From Octopus vulgaris (lineage: Eukaryota): DNA of 64,000 bases. Below the pieces are notes generated by a model. The model was not told the DNA's origin. It did not search any database and saw nothing but the letters and a program-made list of their open reading frames with translations. The stretch lies in assembly GCA_951406725.2 (NCBI GenBank), contig OX597820.1:114142001-114206000 (forward strand). Direction: 5' to 3'. Every line of letters starts with the position of its first letter. Positions within the stretch are counted from its first letter, which is position 1. A program made the position numbers and the translations under genes. Positions 38,370-50,773 of the stretch are shown piece after piece.

Positions 38370-38396
38370 TTTGTGCTTGTTTATTTCCACTTCAGA
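38370..38396 (+). promoter_or_regulatory. Candidate 3' splice acceptor for the torsin exon
   Basis: TTGTGCTTGTTTATTTCCACTTCAG| with an upstream CTGAC branch-like motif; no ATG between 38396 and the torsin start. Confidence 0.55.
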
Positions 38397-38565
38397 GTAA
38401 TTGGTGTATATCTCCTTTGAACTAGCCAAGCAGTTGCTGTGATCATTTGAAAACCATACCATTTTGGACCGTCTTGAGGAAGTAGTCCTAATTGTTTTGA
38501 CTTTAAGTTTGGGAGATTTTCAGTTTCTCCCTTCATCATAAAATCTCTTGACCAGATAATCAGCA

Positions 38566-39501
38566 ATGTGGTTTGTTTCTTTCTTAATTTTCCACTTCTT
38601 ATTGCAACAGGGTGTATGCATCAACCCATTGTGTTATATAATAGACTGCTGTGACCAGGACATTATTTTGAATTCACAACAGTTAAGAGACGATCTGAAA
38701 AGTATGCTTCATGGTCAACATTTAGCATGGAGGACAATTGCTAATCATATAATTTCCCACTTTTCACAGCAGACACCCAGGAAAGCTTTAGTACTGTCAT
38801 TTCATGGAGAGACTGGGACAGGTAAAAATTATGCAAGTGAAATCATAATTAAAAATGTGTTCCGTTATGGAATAAAAAGTGATTTTGTGCATGTTTATCA
38901 TGCTGCAGTTCATTTCCCACATGAGTCCATGTCTCACATTTACATTGAAAAGTTAAAGCATGAAATTAAAAATGCTGTTTATCTCTGTCCAAGGGCTGTT
39001 TTTATTTTTGATGAGTTTCATTTAATGCCACCAAAGGTTATTGACATTCTCCAAGTCTACTTAGATTTCCATGCTGAAGTGGATGGCATCAACTTCCGTA
39101 AAGCTGTATTTATATTTATATCTAACCTTGCTTCAGAGAACATAAGAAACTTCACTATAAGCCAATACAAGAAAGGTATTAATCGACATGATATCAAATT
39201 GCGAGACTTAGAATTCAGTATTGCACATGCTTCACTCACTCAAAAGGGTGGTTTTTATGGTAGTGATCTAATTAAAAGTCATCTTGTGACTGCCTATATT
39301 CCATTTCTACCCTTACAGCGCACACATGTAAAACAATGCATCGATGATGAAATGAAACGACGTAATCCTCACAAGTTCTACAATGAAGAATTTATCGACA
39401 AAGTATTAATCGAATTACATTTTGTAAACAGTTTTTCAGAGACTGGCTGTAAACGTGTTTTTGAAAAAGTGGCTTTTGCTCTCATTAATGACGATCTCTG
39501 A
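38566..39501 (+). CDS. Torsin-family ER-luminal AAA+ ATPase (torsin-1A-like), single coding exon, nested in LIN-7 intron 1
   Basis: 311-aa ORF with signal peptide, CYIIDCC, LHGQHLA, torsin-type Walker A GETGTGKN, Walker B FIFDE, sensor 1 FIFISN, IPFLPL and sensor 2 GCK. Confidence 0.95.
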   Translation: MWFVSFLIFHFLLQQGVCINPLCYIIDCCDQDIILNSQQLRDDLKSMLHGQHLAWRTIANHIISHFSQQTPRKALVLSFHGETGTGKNYASEIIIKNVFRYGIKSDFVHVYHAAVHFPHESMSHIYIEKLKHEIKNAVYLCPRAVFIFDEFHLMPPKVIDILQVYLDFHAEVDGINFRKAVFIFISNLASENIRNFTISQYKKGINRHDIKLRDLEFSIAHASLTQKGGFYGSDLIKSHLVTAYIPFLPLQRTHVKQCIDDEMKRRNPHKFYNEEFIDKVLIELHFVNSFSETGCKRVFEKVAFALINDDL

Positions 39502-39647
39502 CCTTGATGGCTATTGCTCTAGTCTCTATTTTTACCACTGAAGACATAGAAGATTATTTTACTGTTATCCTCGGCTTGTGTTCCAAAGTAAGCATCTCTC
39601 AACTGAATTCACTTCATTGGAAAATCGATTTCACCTTTGTTATTTGT

Positions 39648-39685
39648 ATTAAAGTACTTTTTTTTAAAAGGTGTTGTGTTTTGCA
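39648..39685 (+). terminator. Candidate torsin polyadenylation signal
   Basis: ATTAAA at 39648-39653 followed by a GT-rich tract (GGTGTTGTGTTTTG). Confidence 0.4.
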
Positions 39686-39715
39686 TCTTCTTTGACTTTT
39701 GTTCACCTGTATATA

Positions 39716-40569
39716 CACAAGGTTTAGTCAAAAAGTATCTGACCTTTGGTGAAAAAACAAGTAATATTAAAAGAACTCACCATTTTGATTTAGTTTCCTT
39801 CGAAGTATTTGCCTTGGGAGTCTACACACTTCTGCTAGCATTCCTGCCACTGCTGGAAACATTTCTGGAAATTACTTTTTGGGATGCTGTAGAGCTGTGC
39901 CATCAAATTTTGCGTAATGTTCTCTGTTGACTCAAATCTTCTCTCTCTGAGTGATTTTTTGAGTTTTGTGATTAACCAAAAGTCACATGGAGTAGGAGGC
40001 CCGACGAACAAGTGGTGTGTTTTGCTTGAGGAGGAACACTTAGATGATGTGGGCAGAATGAGTGGGTGTGTTGTCATGGTGAAGTTACCAGTTCTTTGCT
40101 GCCCACAGGTCAGCTTGTTTTCATAGATGGTCTTCATAGACTATTCCTTGAACCTTTGCAATCATTTCATCGTTTCAGCTAGTTGATGGTCTGCCACAAC
40201 GTGGCTCACTGTCCACTGAGGTTTAGCCGTCTTTGAACCAGTTGCACCACTCCTTTATTTGTGTTTTTCCCATAGCATCATCTCCAAAGACCTTCTGAAT
40301 CTTCTCGATAGTCTGGGCTTGCATTTTTGGCAAAATTTGATACCCAATGTGCTCGGTCATCTTGACTTAAAAAGAAAAGTCACACAGCACACGCTTCACG
40401 TCTGTACTCAATGTGTCACTGTGGGCAAATGTCATAACCTACAGACACAAATATTTTTGCATATGCTCTGGTAGGACGTGGCCATCTAATACCCATGCAG
40501 ATTTTGCCCGCACATTATTATTTTGTGCAAAAAAAATCAAGGTCGGATACTTTTTGACTACACCTCGTG
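39716..40569 (-). mobile_element. Mariner transposon, internally deleted
   Basis: About 31-bp TIRs (CACAAGGTTTAGTCAAAAAGTATCTGACCTT and its near reverse complement); remnant PCDFWL..KLK...RRFES...FQKCFQQW. Confidence 0.88.
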
Positions 40570-43500
40570 TGTGTGTATGTATATATATAATTATTTTTGA
40601 AGGATACATTTATCTTCTGCAAGAATGTTTAAACAATTTCCAATCTTTTCTAAAGGCATAAGACCTGAAATTATGGTGGAGGATATTAGTTGATCATATC
40701 GACCCCAGTATTTTACTGGTTCTTAGTTTATCAACCTCGAAAGGATAAAAGGCAAAGTTGACCTTGGCGGAATTTAAATTCAGAACGTAAAGACGAACAA
40801 AATGTCACTAAGCATTTTGTTTGGCATGCTAACGATTCTGCCCTAATAATAATAATAATTGTAATCCTTTTTCCTATAGGTGCAAGGCCTAAAATTTTGG
40901 TGGAGGGATTAAGTCAATTACATCAGCCTGAGTCTATAAATGGTACTTAATTCATTGACCCCAAAAGAATGAAAGGCAAAGTCAACCTCAGCAAAATTTG
41001 AACTCAGGACGTAAGGACAGAGGAAATGCTGCTAAGCATTTTACCCAGCGTGCTATCAATTCTGCCAGCTTGCCGCCCTAATAATATAAATAATAATAAT
41101 AATAATAAATTACAGCTGAGTGTGTTTGATCACACCAAGGGCAACATGACTATACCTAGCAATGTTTTATGTCATTGTGGACTAACACGCTTGTGACTAA
41201 TCCTGTTTGGTGTATTGATTAGGTTATAAGTTAACTTGTGATTCATAACTTGATTATACATTTTATGAGGGAGATTTCTGTTGATATTGTCTCAAACTGC
41301 ACAGCACACATAATTGTGAATCTTGGGCTTCTGATTTAGATAACCACATCATTATCATCTTTCTAGCTACTCCTACCACCCTTATATATTGTGAGATAGC
41401 TATATATCTTCTCTATAGCAAGACCTCTATCACACTTTAGTGTCTCAATTTCTAGTGGTAATCTACCTCCTCTCTACTGGACCCCTACTTTGTTGAGGGG
41501 TCTTCTTTGTCTTGTGAGTTACTTAGTGGCATCACTACTGCCAGTGTCATATGAAAAGGATTGGTTTTTAAGCAAAGTTATCCAGCCATAGAGACCCTGC
41601 TAAAGCAGACATTGGAACTCTGCACAGTCCCCTGGTTTGTTGGTTCCTGTCAAATTATCCATGTCAACATGGAAGATGGACATTAAATGATTATGGTGAG
41701 GAAACTTTTGATGGTGCATAAATATATCTCATGTCAAAACCAAAAATTAATCTCACTCATATTTGACCATTGTAATCTGGAAAGAGTCACAGAATGAGGT
41801 TAATGTCTCCAGCCTGATATATTTAAGACATCAGGTTAGAAACATACCTTTACCTTCTTTTCACAACCAGAAATTTCCACATTTTTTCTTTCTTATTTCT
41901 AATGTTTTTATCAAATTGCGTATCTCTGAATTCTAGTGATTATCATTTAATTACTTATTGTTACCCACCAGTCTGTCTGTCCTCACTTTACTGGGTAAAC
42001 ATACACTTTTAATTTTATTTTTTTCTTCAGCTCTTATTAAAGGCCTCTTAAAACAATGAAAAGCTGTAATGTTCTGTATGTGTATATAAATATATTTCTC
42101 TGTATAATAAGCCAGTATGTTGGCTGGTTGGTTTATTTCTTCAGTCTCGCTCTACTTTGTATAGAGAGTAAAAGAGAATTAATGTACGTGGTGGAGGATG
42201 AGTGAAAAGCCATAAGTAAAGGGATACTCTACACATACTCAGTAAGGATCAGAGAAACTGAAGAGGAAATTAAGAACAGAGTATTTATGTGAGGTGTTCA
42301 AATTTTACAGAGATAAGTTTTTGCTGGAGTAGATTGTGATTATGTTGACAAAATATAGAAAAATATATATTTATTTTAAATATACAAATGAAAAATTTAT
42401 TTTATTTCATTTTATTTTCAGGTAACAAATATTTTTCTTTTGAAAATTAGTATTCATTTAATTATTTTGTATAATTGCCTAAGAAATTTGATATCAATTA
42501 AATTTCATTTATTATATTTATGCTATATTTCCTGATATTACCCATAGTGGTAAAAATATACTTCTAAAGATATATCATTCAGAATTGCGTATAAAGCTAT
42601 ATATATAATTTCTAGAAGAAGGTTCCTGACAGACCTTCAGTTCTTTCTCTCTTCATCTAGCAGATAGTACCCTTCATACAAATTCTGCATCCTGATATCT
42701 ATCAGGTTTGTGGCATTTGTTACATTAGACCATGCCAGTGCCGCCCTGACTGGCTTCTGTGCCGGTGGCACGTAAAAAGCACCATCCGATCGTGGCTGTT
42801 GCCAGCCTCGCCTGGCACGTAAAAAGCACCCACTACACTCATGGAATGGTTGGCGTTAGGAAGGGCATCCAGCCGTAGAAACATTGCCAGATTAGACTGG
42901 GCCTGGTGCAGCCTTCTGGCTTCCCAGACCCCAGTTGCACCGTCCAACCCATGCTAGCATGGAAGGCGGACGCTAAACGATGATGATGATGAGACCAATA
43001 CAAGTTTCTGCACAAACCATGCCCACTATAATAATATTCACTTTACAGGTTGTTCATCAAGCCAAAATACCAGCACTAATTCCGTCACACTTTCTTCTGT
43101 AGCAAAGGAGTACAAATAGAGGATGTTGCTAGAAGTCTTCAGATATAATTCAGCATTGTGTCTAAGGTCCCATATCATCATCTAACATCTGCATTCTATG
43201 CTGGCATACATGCATGTATTTTTATAGTTGTTTTATATGGTCATGTTACTGTTGTGTTGTTATTTTATTATGTTAAATTACATATTATTGTATGCTGTTA
43301 CCATTTAAATATATATTGTTTTCATTTGTCTACTTGAACGACTGTCTACCTTTCAATGTATTACTAAACAGCAGCAGATTGAATTGTTAGGTGTCTGTAG
43401 CTACTGACAAATAAAAAAGGAACTAGCTTGTGAAGGTATGATAAAGAGATACTTCTACTGTTGTGTGATAGTAAAATATGGCTATTACCCTTTTAATACC

Positions 43501-43777
43501 AATCCACCTAAAAGCCTTCCATCAAAAGTTCATGTTAGCTTATTTTCCAAATTCCATCTCATTAATGGCAAAGTTCTTACTAGATTCTTCGTTATTTTCA
43601 AAATCAAATTAAACAAAATTTGTGTATTTCATTAGTAATATGGTAACGAAAGAGTTAAATGTGAAAGATTGGCAAAAGCCGGAGGGAAATGGGTTGGGTT
43701 ATAATCCATTAGAGGTACCATGTTAACCTGCATGAAAGGCAGACAACAGGTAAGTTAAGAGGGTGATTGGGTATTAA

Positions 43778-43996
43778 CCCTTTCGTTACCAACCCAGCTG
43801 AAACCGGCTCTGGCTCTGTAGTACAAATGTCTTGTTTTCATAAGTTTTTAATTAAAATCTTCAATCAAACCTTAGTCACAATTACTGTTCCTAACACTAG
43901 ATGAATGATAACGAAGTTATTTTACTACATTCTTTGTTATATTTAAAGTAATTGAGAGAAACAGAACATCTCAAAATAAATACAGCAACGAAAGAG
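43778..43996. mobile_element. piggyBac-like MITE
   Basis: TTAA on both sides; TIRs CCCTTTCGTTAC / GCAACGAAAGAG. A related decayed copy lies at about 43485-43638. Confidence 0.8.
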
Positions 43997-45716
43997 TTAA
44001 AGACTTCAGCTGATGGATGATGCAGGAGATAGTTGTGCTGTATTGGAAAAAAATTGTGGAAGGATCAGTTGTTCAAATGTACTTTTATACAAGAAATATT
44101 GAAAACCTGAGACAAGTGGGAATATAGTGTGAAATCGACAGACATTGATCATAAGTTCTTTTAAAGCTTATAAATACACATGACTGACCTACTTACTTTA
44201 ATGAGTGAACCCTGGTAATTCTTTTAGGTGAGCAATGCTGCAGATATTGCTGGGTTTTTTTATTCCCCTCTTCAAGCTGTGACCCCACTTCAGTCTATGT
44301 TTCTCCCTTTTCTTCATGTTCGTCTGTGTACACACACCCACATCATGTTTAGAAGCACCCTTATTCACATCTATATACAGGTGTATGCACATAAACACAA
44401 AAACCACCACTAATATTAGAACATAAGCTAACTCCATGAGGAGTGACCTTAAAAGCATTGTCCAATGAGGGATATGCTAATCTTATCTCTTAAAACAGCA
44501 GAAAAACACAAATGCTACTCTTCAAGCAAACATCACATTACAGTTCTCTTAATCATGAGTCACACTCAGCTCGAGTCCTCAAACTCACTCCAGTTGTTGG
44601 GTCTATCACTAGGTCTCTCCGTGAAAGCTTATCTTTAACATATCTAGGATTGTAACCCACTGACTGGCTGTTTTCTTCAGGACCAGAAGATACTTTAGCT
44701 CCAAACACTTGTCAGTATTTTTATGTACTCAAGGTCCATGATAGAGCATTGCTCTCTCCTCCAAAAAATGGTGTCATTGCTACACAGTCCCTGTCAAACC
44801 ATCTAACCCATGTCAGCTGGGAAAGTGGACATTAAATGATGGTGATGAATATCATCAAACTGTTCTAATCATTATACCCAGTCCTCAGCCCTCTAGAATT
44901 CACTCCTTGCTCATAGCTTTCTTGTAGATGTTGAGTTAACAAAGGTTCAAGAAAATTTAATGGCATCAATCTCATTGGTCTAAGGGGTTTCTGCAATGGC
45001 CATGAACATCATTACTTCCATCAGACTCCAGCAAGTAAAAAAAGAAAATGAATGCATATGCATGTATGCTTATGAGATATGGTTTCATCTATTTTGTGTT
45101 ATGTACCACACTTTACCTTTCCAATGCTGAAGTTTTGATCATTCATAAAATTGCCCTTACTCCACGCACAGCCTGTAATTTGTAACCCTTGCCTTAACAC
45201 TATTTTAAACCCATTTTATTCTCATTTTCTTCATATTTTCTCTTTACTTTAATATACTATTTTTTCAACTATAACTAGGAAATTCATGTGCACACACATT
45301 TCATCAGTTACTTTCACTGTCAAAGCAAAATAGGTAAAATCAAAGATCATTTATTACAACATTACCGCCTGACTGGCCCTCGTGCCGGTGGCACGTAAAA
45401 GCACCCACTACACTCTCTAACGGAGTGGTTGGCGTTAGGAAGGGCATCCAGCTGTAGAAACATGCCAGATCAGATTGGAGTCTGGTTCGCCAGACCTCAG
45501 TCAAATCGTCCAACCCATGCTAGCATGGAAAGTGGACATTAAACGATGATGATGATGATTATACAGATTTATTATCAAAGCTAAATCACCCATAATAGTT
45601 CCATTTTTTTAAGGAGGTCTAGGACTGATTATCTAAATGCATCCTTTCATTCTTCTAACTTTTGTGTGTGGAAGGTGCACAGGTACAATTAACACTAAAA
45701 ATGTACAGAAAATAGA

Positions 45717-45911
45717 CTGCATCAAATGCCAAAGAGGAAAACTAAAAGTAGTCGATAGCTCCCATTACCTAGGTGGCTAAGTCAGTAGTGAGGGTGGATG
45801 CTCCAACAGCATAGCTGCTAGAATAAGCATCCACCCTTACTACTGACTTAGTCACCTAGGTAATGGGAGCTATCGACTACTTTTAGTTTTCCTCTTTGGC
45901 ATTTGATGCAG
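45717..45911. repeat. Inverted repeat, 86-bp arms, 23-nt loop
   Basis: 45717-45802 versus 45826-45911, with 2 differences. Confidence 0.95.
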
Positions 45912-45984
45912 GTCATGATTTCAATTCCTGGACCTGGTGGTGCATTGTGTTCTTGACCAAAACACTTCGGCCATGGGATGTGTA

Positions 45985-46295
45985 TGTCTCATTTTGTTCC
46001 ACTACCTTTTGCCATCTTTGAGGCAGCTTCATGATCCCATCCTCCCAGAACTTGGCACCTTTCTGGGTCATGAACTGATCTAAGTGTCTTTAGTCTTCCA
46101 AAGAATTGAAGTTCTTCCCATTAAGAGAATTCTTTAGGGATCAAAGTAAAGGTGCAAGGTCAGGTGAGTTCAGTGGATGTGGTAGGACATTCCATGCAAG
46201 CTGTACCAATTTTTGCTGGGTTTGCACAGATACAGGAGATTTAGAATTGTCCTGAAGGAAGATGACACCTTTCCAATTGGCCAATTCTGGACATT
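45985..46295 (-). mobile_element. Mariner transposase C-terminal fragment
   Basis: Minus-strand GVIFLQDN, WNVLPHP.NSPDLAP and GIMKLPQRWQKVVEQN remnants. Confidence 0.75.
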
Positions 46296-46818
46296 TTTCA
46301 TTGATTACCTCTTTTAATCAGTCTAATTTGGAACAATAATTCTATACTTTGTGAGTCATGTAGATGGAAACTATATAGAAACCTGTTGATTGGATTGTAC
46401 CTGTAATTCAAAAAGGTACTGGCATGTTTCCCACATGCTGTGTAGTACAGATTCGGCCTTAGAATTTCATTAAGTGCAGGCATGTCTTTGGAATAATATT
46501 TGACTGGCCAATGGAGATTTACCATATTCATCCTCTTTTGTTCTAGTATAAGAAACTATTATCTTTTCTCTCTGAAAAGGAGCAGTGAAGTAGAATAATC
46601 AGAAGAACATAGATTGAAATACCTTATGGTATTAAGATACTTTCTGAGATTAAATGCCACTGAGATCTGCTTTACTTTTCATCCTTCCAAAGTTAATAAA
46701 ATGCCAGTTAAGTACTAGGATTAATGTTCCATAATGTGGTTCATGTCCTCATCTGTTCCCTTCTCTCCAAATTTTTGGCTGGATGCTTCTGTAAGAAACT
46801 ACAATTATTAAGGTAGTG

Positions 46819-48990
46819 GCATTCATATAGAGACTTCAAGACAACAAGAAGCTCTCCATCAATCCCATCCATACTCCTGCAGAACCTTCCACAAGTCCTA
46901 TGGAATGTAGTTGTTTGCTTTTTTAAGGCCTACAAAACAAGCAGGCACCTCTTGGCTATACTCTCACAACTTCTTGAAAACTTGCTGCAGTGTGGTTGGC
47001 TGTGCTGCTTCTGGGGCAAAAACCAAACTGTTTGGTCAGCTAGATTGGATTCAAGAATATCCTTAGCATAGACGAGGCTTAACTAGAAGATTCCCTTTAC
47101 TGACGAGGCTTAACTAGAAGATTCCCCTATAATTAGAGATATTCCTCTTGTTTCCCTTTTTGAAAATTTGAATTACCATTCCTGATTGCCACTGCTTAGA
47201 TGCTTTTCCAGAGATTCTGGCCGCCTGGCACACCCAAGTCAGCCAGTGACTACTTTCTCTATGTAAGGCCTTTAAAATCTTAGGCTGGACTCCATCCTCT
47301 CAAGGGGCCTTGCTACATTTGAACTCTTTAATTGCTTTTGTGACCTCAGTCTCTGAGAAATTTGTCATTACTACAAGATGTGCTTCATGTAAGTCAGATG
47401 TTGTGACCAGGTTTAGATCAGTAAAGTTTTCTCTCCACCTTACAAGGCTGCATGAGGAGCCCAGCAGTCATGGAAGGGGACTTCTTATTACAAAATTGGT
47501 GGATAGTCTGCCAGAATATGTTATTTGCTGATTTAAAATGAAATTCCAGCCCAAAGTCCTCCCATGTCTTCACCTTGGATCCCTTTACCATCTGTGCTGC
47601 AATTTTCATGTCTTGTACTGCAAGCGCAAAGAGGAGAACTTATTTCCAAACCAAGCTTTGTAAGCCTTCTTTGCTCGGATGGCATCTTCAACCTCTTGAG
47701 CGAACAAGGGGTCCTCCTGCCACCCAGCACCATACTGATTTGCTTTTCCCTGCAGTATTTAACGGTTGAAGCATAAACTGCCAAACTGAACGGTCTCCAC
47801 TACCTTTCAACATCCTTAGTTTCTTCAAAGAGTTCTCTGAATTTGGATGCAATTGTATCGGCATACCTGGTCCTGACTTCTTTATCAACCAGTGCTTCCC
47901 ACTTTATCCTGTTGGTCAATCTGGGCCTGCCAGTTTTGTGGGTCTTCTTGGTTTTGGGCCATCTCAGGTTGCAGACAACTAGATGGTGGTCAGTTGGCAG
48001 CTCAGCTTCTCTCTTAATATGAACATCCAGCACAGAACCAGAGAGATCAAAGATGATAACAAAATCATTTACTAGTCTGTAAATACCATGCATATTTATG
48101 GGTGTCTTTGTGCTGGAAGAAGATGTTCATATAGAGAGCCTGTTACTAGAACAAATTTGATAAGGCCTCTATTTTTGTATTTAGGTACGTGGTCGATGCC
48201 AGCGCCACCTTGACTGGCTTCCGTGCCAGTGCATGTAAAAAGCACCAACCGATCGTGGCCATTGCCAGCCTCCCCTGGCACGTAAAAAGCACCCACTACA
48301 CTCATGGAGTGGTTGGCGTTAGGAAGGGCATCCAGCTGTAGAAACACTGTCAGATTAGACTGGAGCCTGGTGCAGCCTCCTGGTTCCCAGACCCCAGTCG
48401 AACCGTCCAACCCATGCTAGCATGGAAAGCAGACGTTAAGCAATGATGATGTAAGGATCACCATTCCTTCCAGTTACTCCTTTCCATGTCAGATCGTTGG
48501 TATTAATATGTGCATTCAAGTCTCCCATTAGGTTATATGGCTCTATCTTAACTGCATCTAAAACTGCAGTGACTTTATCAAAGAAGAATCTGCATTCGGT
48601 CTTTCTGTTTGCTGCATAAACTTGTACCCACAGAGGCCTATCTGTCAGCCTAAGCTTCCAGAAGCAAATCCCTCTTCTCGATAGGATGTAGTCCATAACA
48701 CATTTAGTGACAGTCAGGGACTCGTGAGTATTCTCACTCCAACCCGTGCAGTCATTCCTGGCACCATACCTGAATAGTGGAGTTTCCATCCTCCATCCAA
48801 ATCTTCAATACCAGGACCACAGAACTTTGCTGAGGAAACCCCCAACTATATGTAGCTGGTAACATCTGACCTCCTGCAACCGTTCCCTACCTCTTACCTG
48901 TAAAGGTTTTGACATTCCAGTTACCAACTGTCAAGATTTGCTCTCTTTGGGGTCTTGAGATACATAAACTTTGTGTGTCCCGCCTATGCT
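46819..48990 (-). mobile_element. RTE-clade LINE, inverted 5' part (APE endonuclease to N-terminal RT), decayed
   Basis: Minus-strand remnants GNWNVKT, VQVYA, LMGDLNAHI, TDHHLVVC, IFKKGNKRNISNYRGI, QFGF, LWKVLQEYG, LKSLYEC. Interrupted by an RTE-tail repeat at about 48185-48450. Confidence 0.85.
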
Positions 48991-48994
48991 TCCC

Positions 48995-50773
48995 TAGCAT
49001 TTGTGTTCAGATAAATGGTACTAAGTCGAAACTATTCAATGTGGGTGTCGGAGTCCACCAAGGATGCATACTGTCACCTCTCCTGTTCATAATCTTTATG
49101 GACAGGATTGACATGTGCACCCAGCTTGGAAATGGTTTCAAGACAAGCAGTTGTAAGATCAGTCAGTTAGAATTTGCAGACAACATTGTACTACTCAACT
49201 CATTGGAAGGTGATCTCTGACATGCATTTGATAGGTTTGCTACCAAATGCTGCTTTGTAGGACTAAAAATTAGTACTGCAAAGACTGAGACACTCGTCTT
49301 CTCAAGGAGGCCTGTTCAATGCACTCTACATGTGAGTGGAATTCCACTGAAATAGATGGAGGAGTTCAAATATCTCAGTCATTTTCATGAGTAATGGAAG
49401 ACATAAGCTGCTGCAGTATTGCACTGGCTTTAGTGTTCAGTTATCAGGAGAAAGGAGGTAGGTATAAAAATCAAACCTATTACCTTCAGTTTGGTGTTTG
49501 TGCCTACCCTTGCCTGTGGTCAGGAATCATGAATACAGGGTGCAGTGGTATATTTTTAATTTCGTGCATGTGCATTGTTTGTTTTTCATTTTGTCAACTA
49601 TAGTAAGGTCAGTTGGGCACCGTCTGTAAAAAAAACAGTACCATGATGCAATTCACTCTGCCAGAAATTTGGAAACGTCATGCTGTACTGGAAGCTCTAA
49701 TATGAACAGATGGTGAACACTCAGAACAACTTTTGGCTTGCCATGTCCCCAAAACATGTACCGAGAATAATAAAAATCAAACATCCAGTCAACATCATGG
49801 TGTTTGGAGTGTAGTGATGGTGATGTTATGCCTCCATTCATCTTCCCACATGGCCTCAGACTCAACATGGAGGCCTACATCAAGTGCCTGGAGGAGGTAG
49901 TGCTGCCCTGAGTCACGAGGGTGGCTGCTGGAAGACCCTGTATCTGGCAACAGGTCTCTGCACCATACTACACAAGCAGGAGAACCCAGTCATGGCTGTC
50001 ACACAATTTCTGCAACCACATCACCCTTAACATCTAGTCACCTAACTCCCCAGACTCTAATCCCCTTGATTATTATGTGTGGGGTGCAGTTGAGCGAGAG
50101 ACCAACATAACTCTCTGTAACACCAAAGATGAACTGAAGGCAAGGATTATGGCAGCATTCACCAACTTAAACAAGGAGACCATCCAGAAGAGTTGTAGGA
50201 GATTCTGAAGTCATCTGGAGGCCGTGGTTGAAGCCAATGGTGATTTTATTGAATAAATTTACTCTTTAGTACTTCAAGATATTTTTATGTAATTTTGGTA
50301 AATACATCTCTAAAATGGGATGTCAGTGTTATTTTCATTTTTGTGTAACTTAGGCAACAAAATAGTCACCCCACCCAGTACAGTTGCAAATGCAAGCAGC
50401 TGAGATGGGGTCTTTCCAAAATGTCTTTGGAGTAATATTACTTGATAGAGTTCATAGCCCAGAGACCAGGGAAGCACTCCAAGCAGAGCTGCCGCTTCTG
50501 AATTGAGAGATCACAACACCAATACTACAGACATATGGTAAAATTGTCCTGGAAAGAATCACTGAATAGGTTTTTATGGGCAAAACTGACTGCCAGGAGA
50601 TCCTGAAGTAGACCACAAGCAAGATTGTTGGATGACATCCATGAGCTTGGGGATCATGGATCCAGCTAGATCAATTGGAGCTGGTTGCTTCTGACAGGAG
50701 CTGATGGAAGGTGTACTTGAGGACTCTGCTCCCACAACCCTCCCAGGAATAAATGGGCAAAGGCAATAAGATA
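48995..50773 (+). mobile_element. RTE-clade LINE, 3' part (RT core to tail), decayed
   Basis: SICVQINGTKSKLFNVGVGVHQGCILSPLLF...LEFADNIVLL. Interrupted by a Tc1/mariner insertion. Confidence 0.85.
49536..50378 (+). mobile_element. Tc1/mariner-superfamily (maT/DD37D-like) transposon remnant nested in the LINE
   Basis: TA flanks and CAGGGTG.../...CACCCAG ends; remnants WQQxSAP, SPNSPDSNPLDYYVWG, VVEANGDFIE. Confidence 0.8.

Noticed and set aside
38396-38565. LIN-7 exon 1-torsin fusion protein
   Set aside because: The junction is in frame with torsin but has an immediate TAA and further stops; the other nearby AG sites checked (38523, 38555) are out of frame.
47071-47127. 26-bp direct duplication (also an 18-bp one at 55951-55988)
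   Set aside because: Ordinary slippage or repair duplications in decayed repeat or intron sequence.
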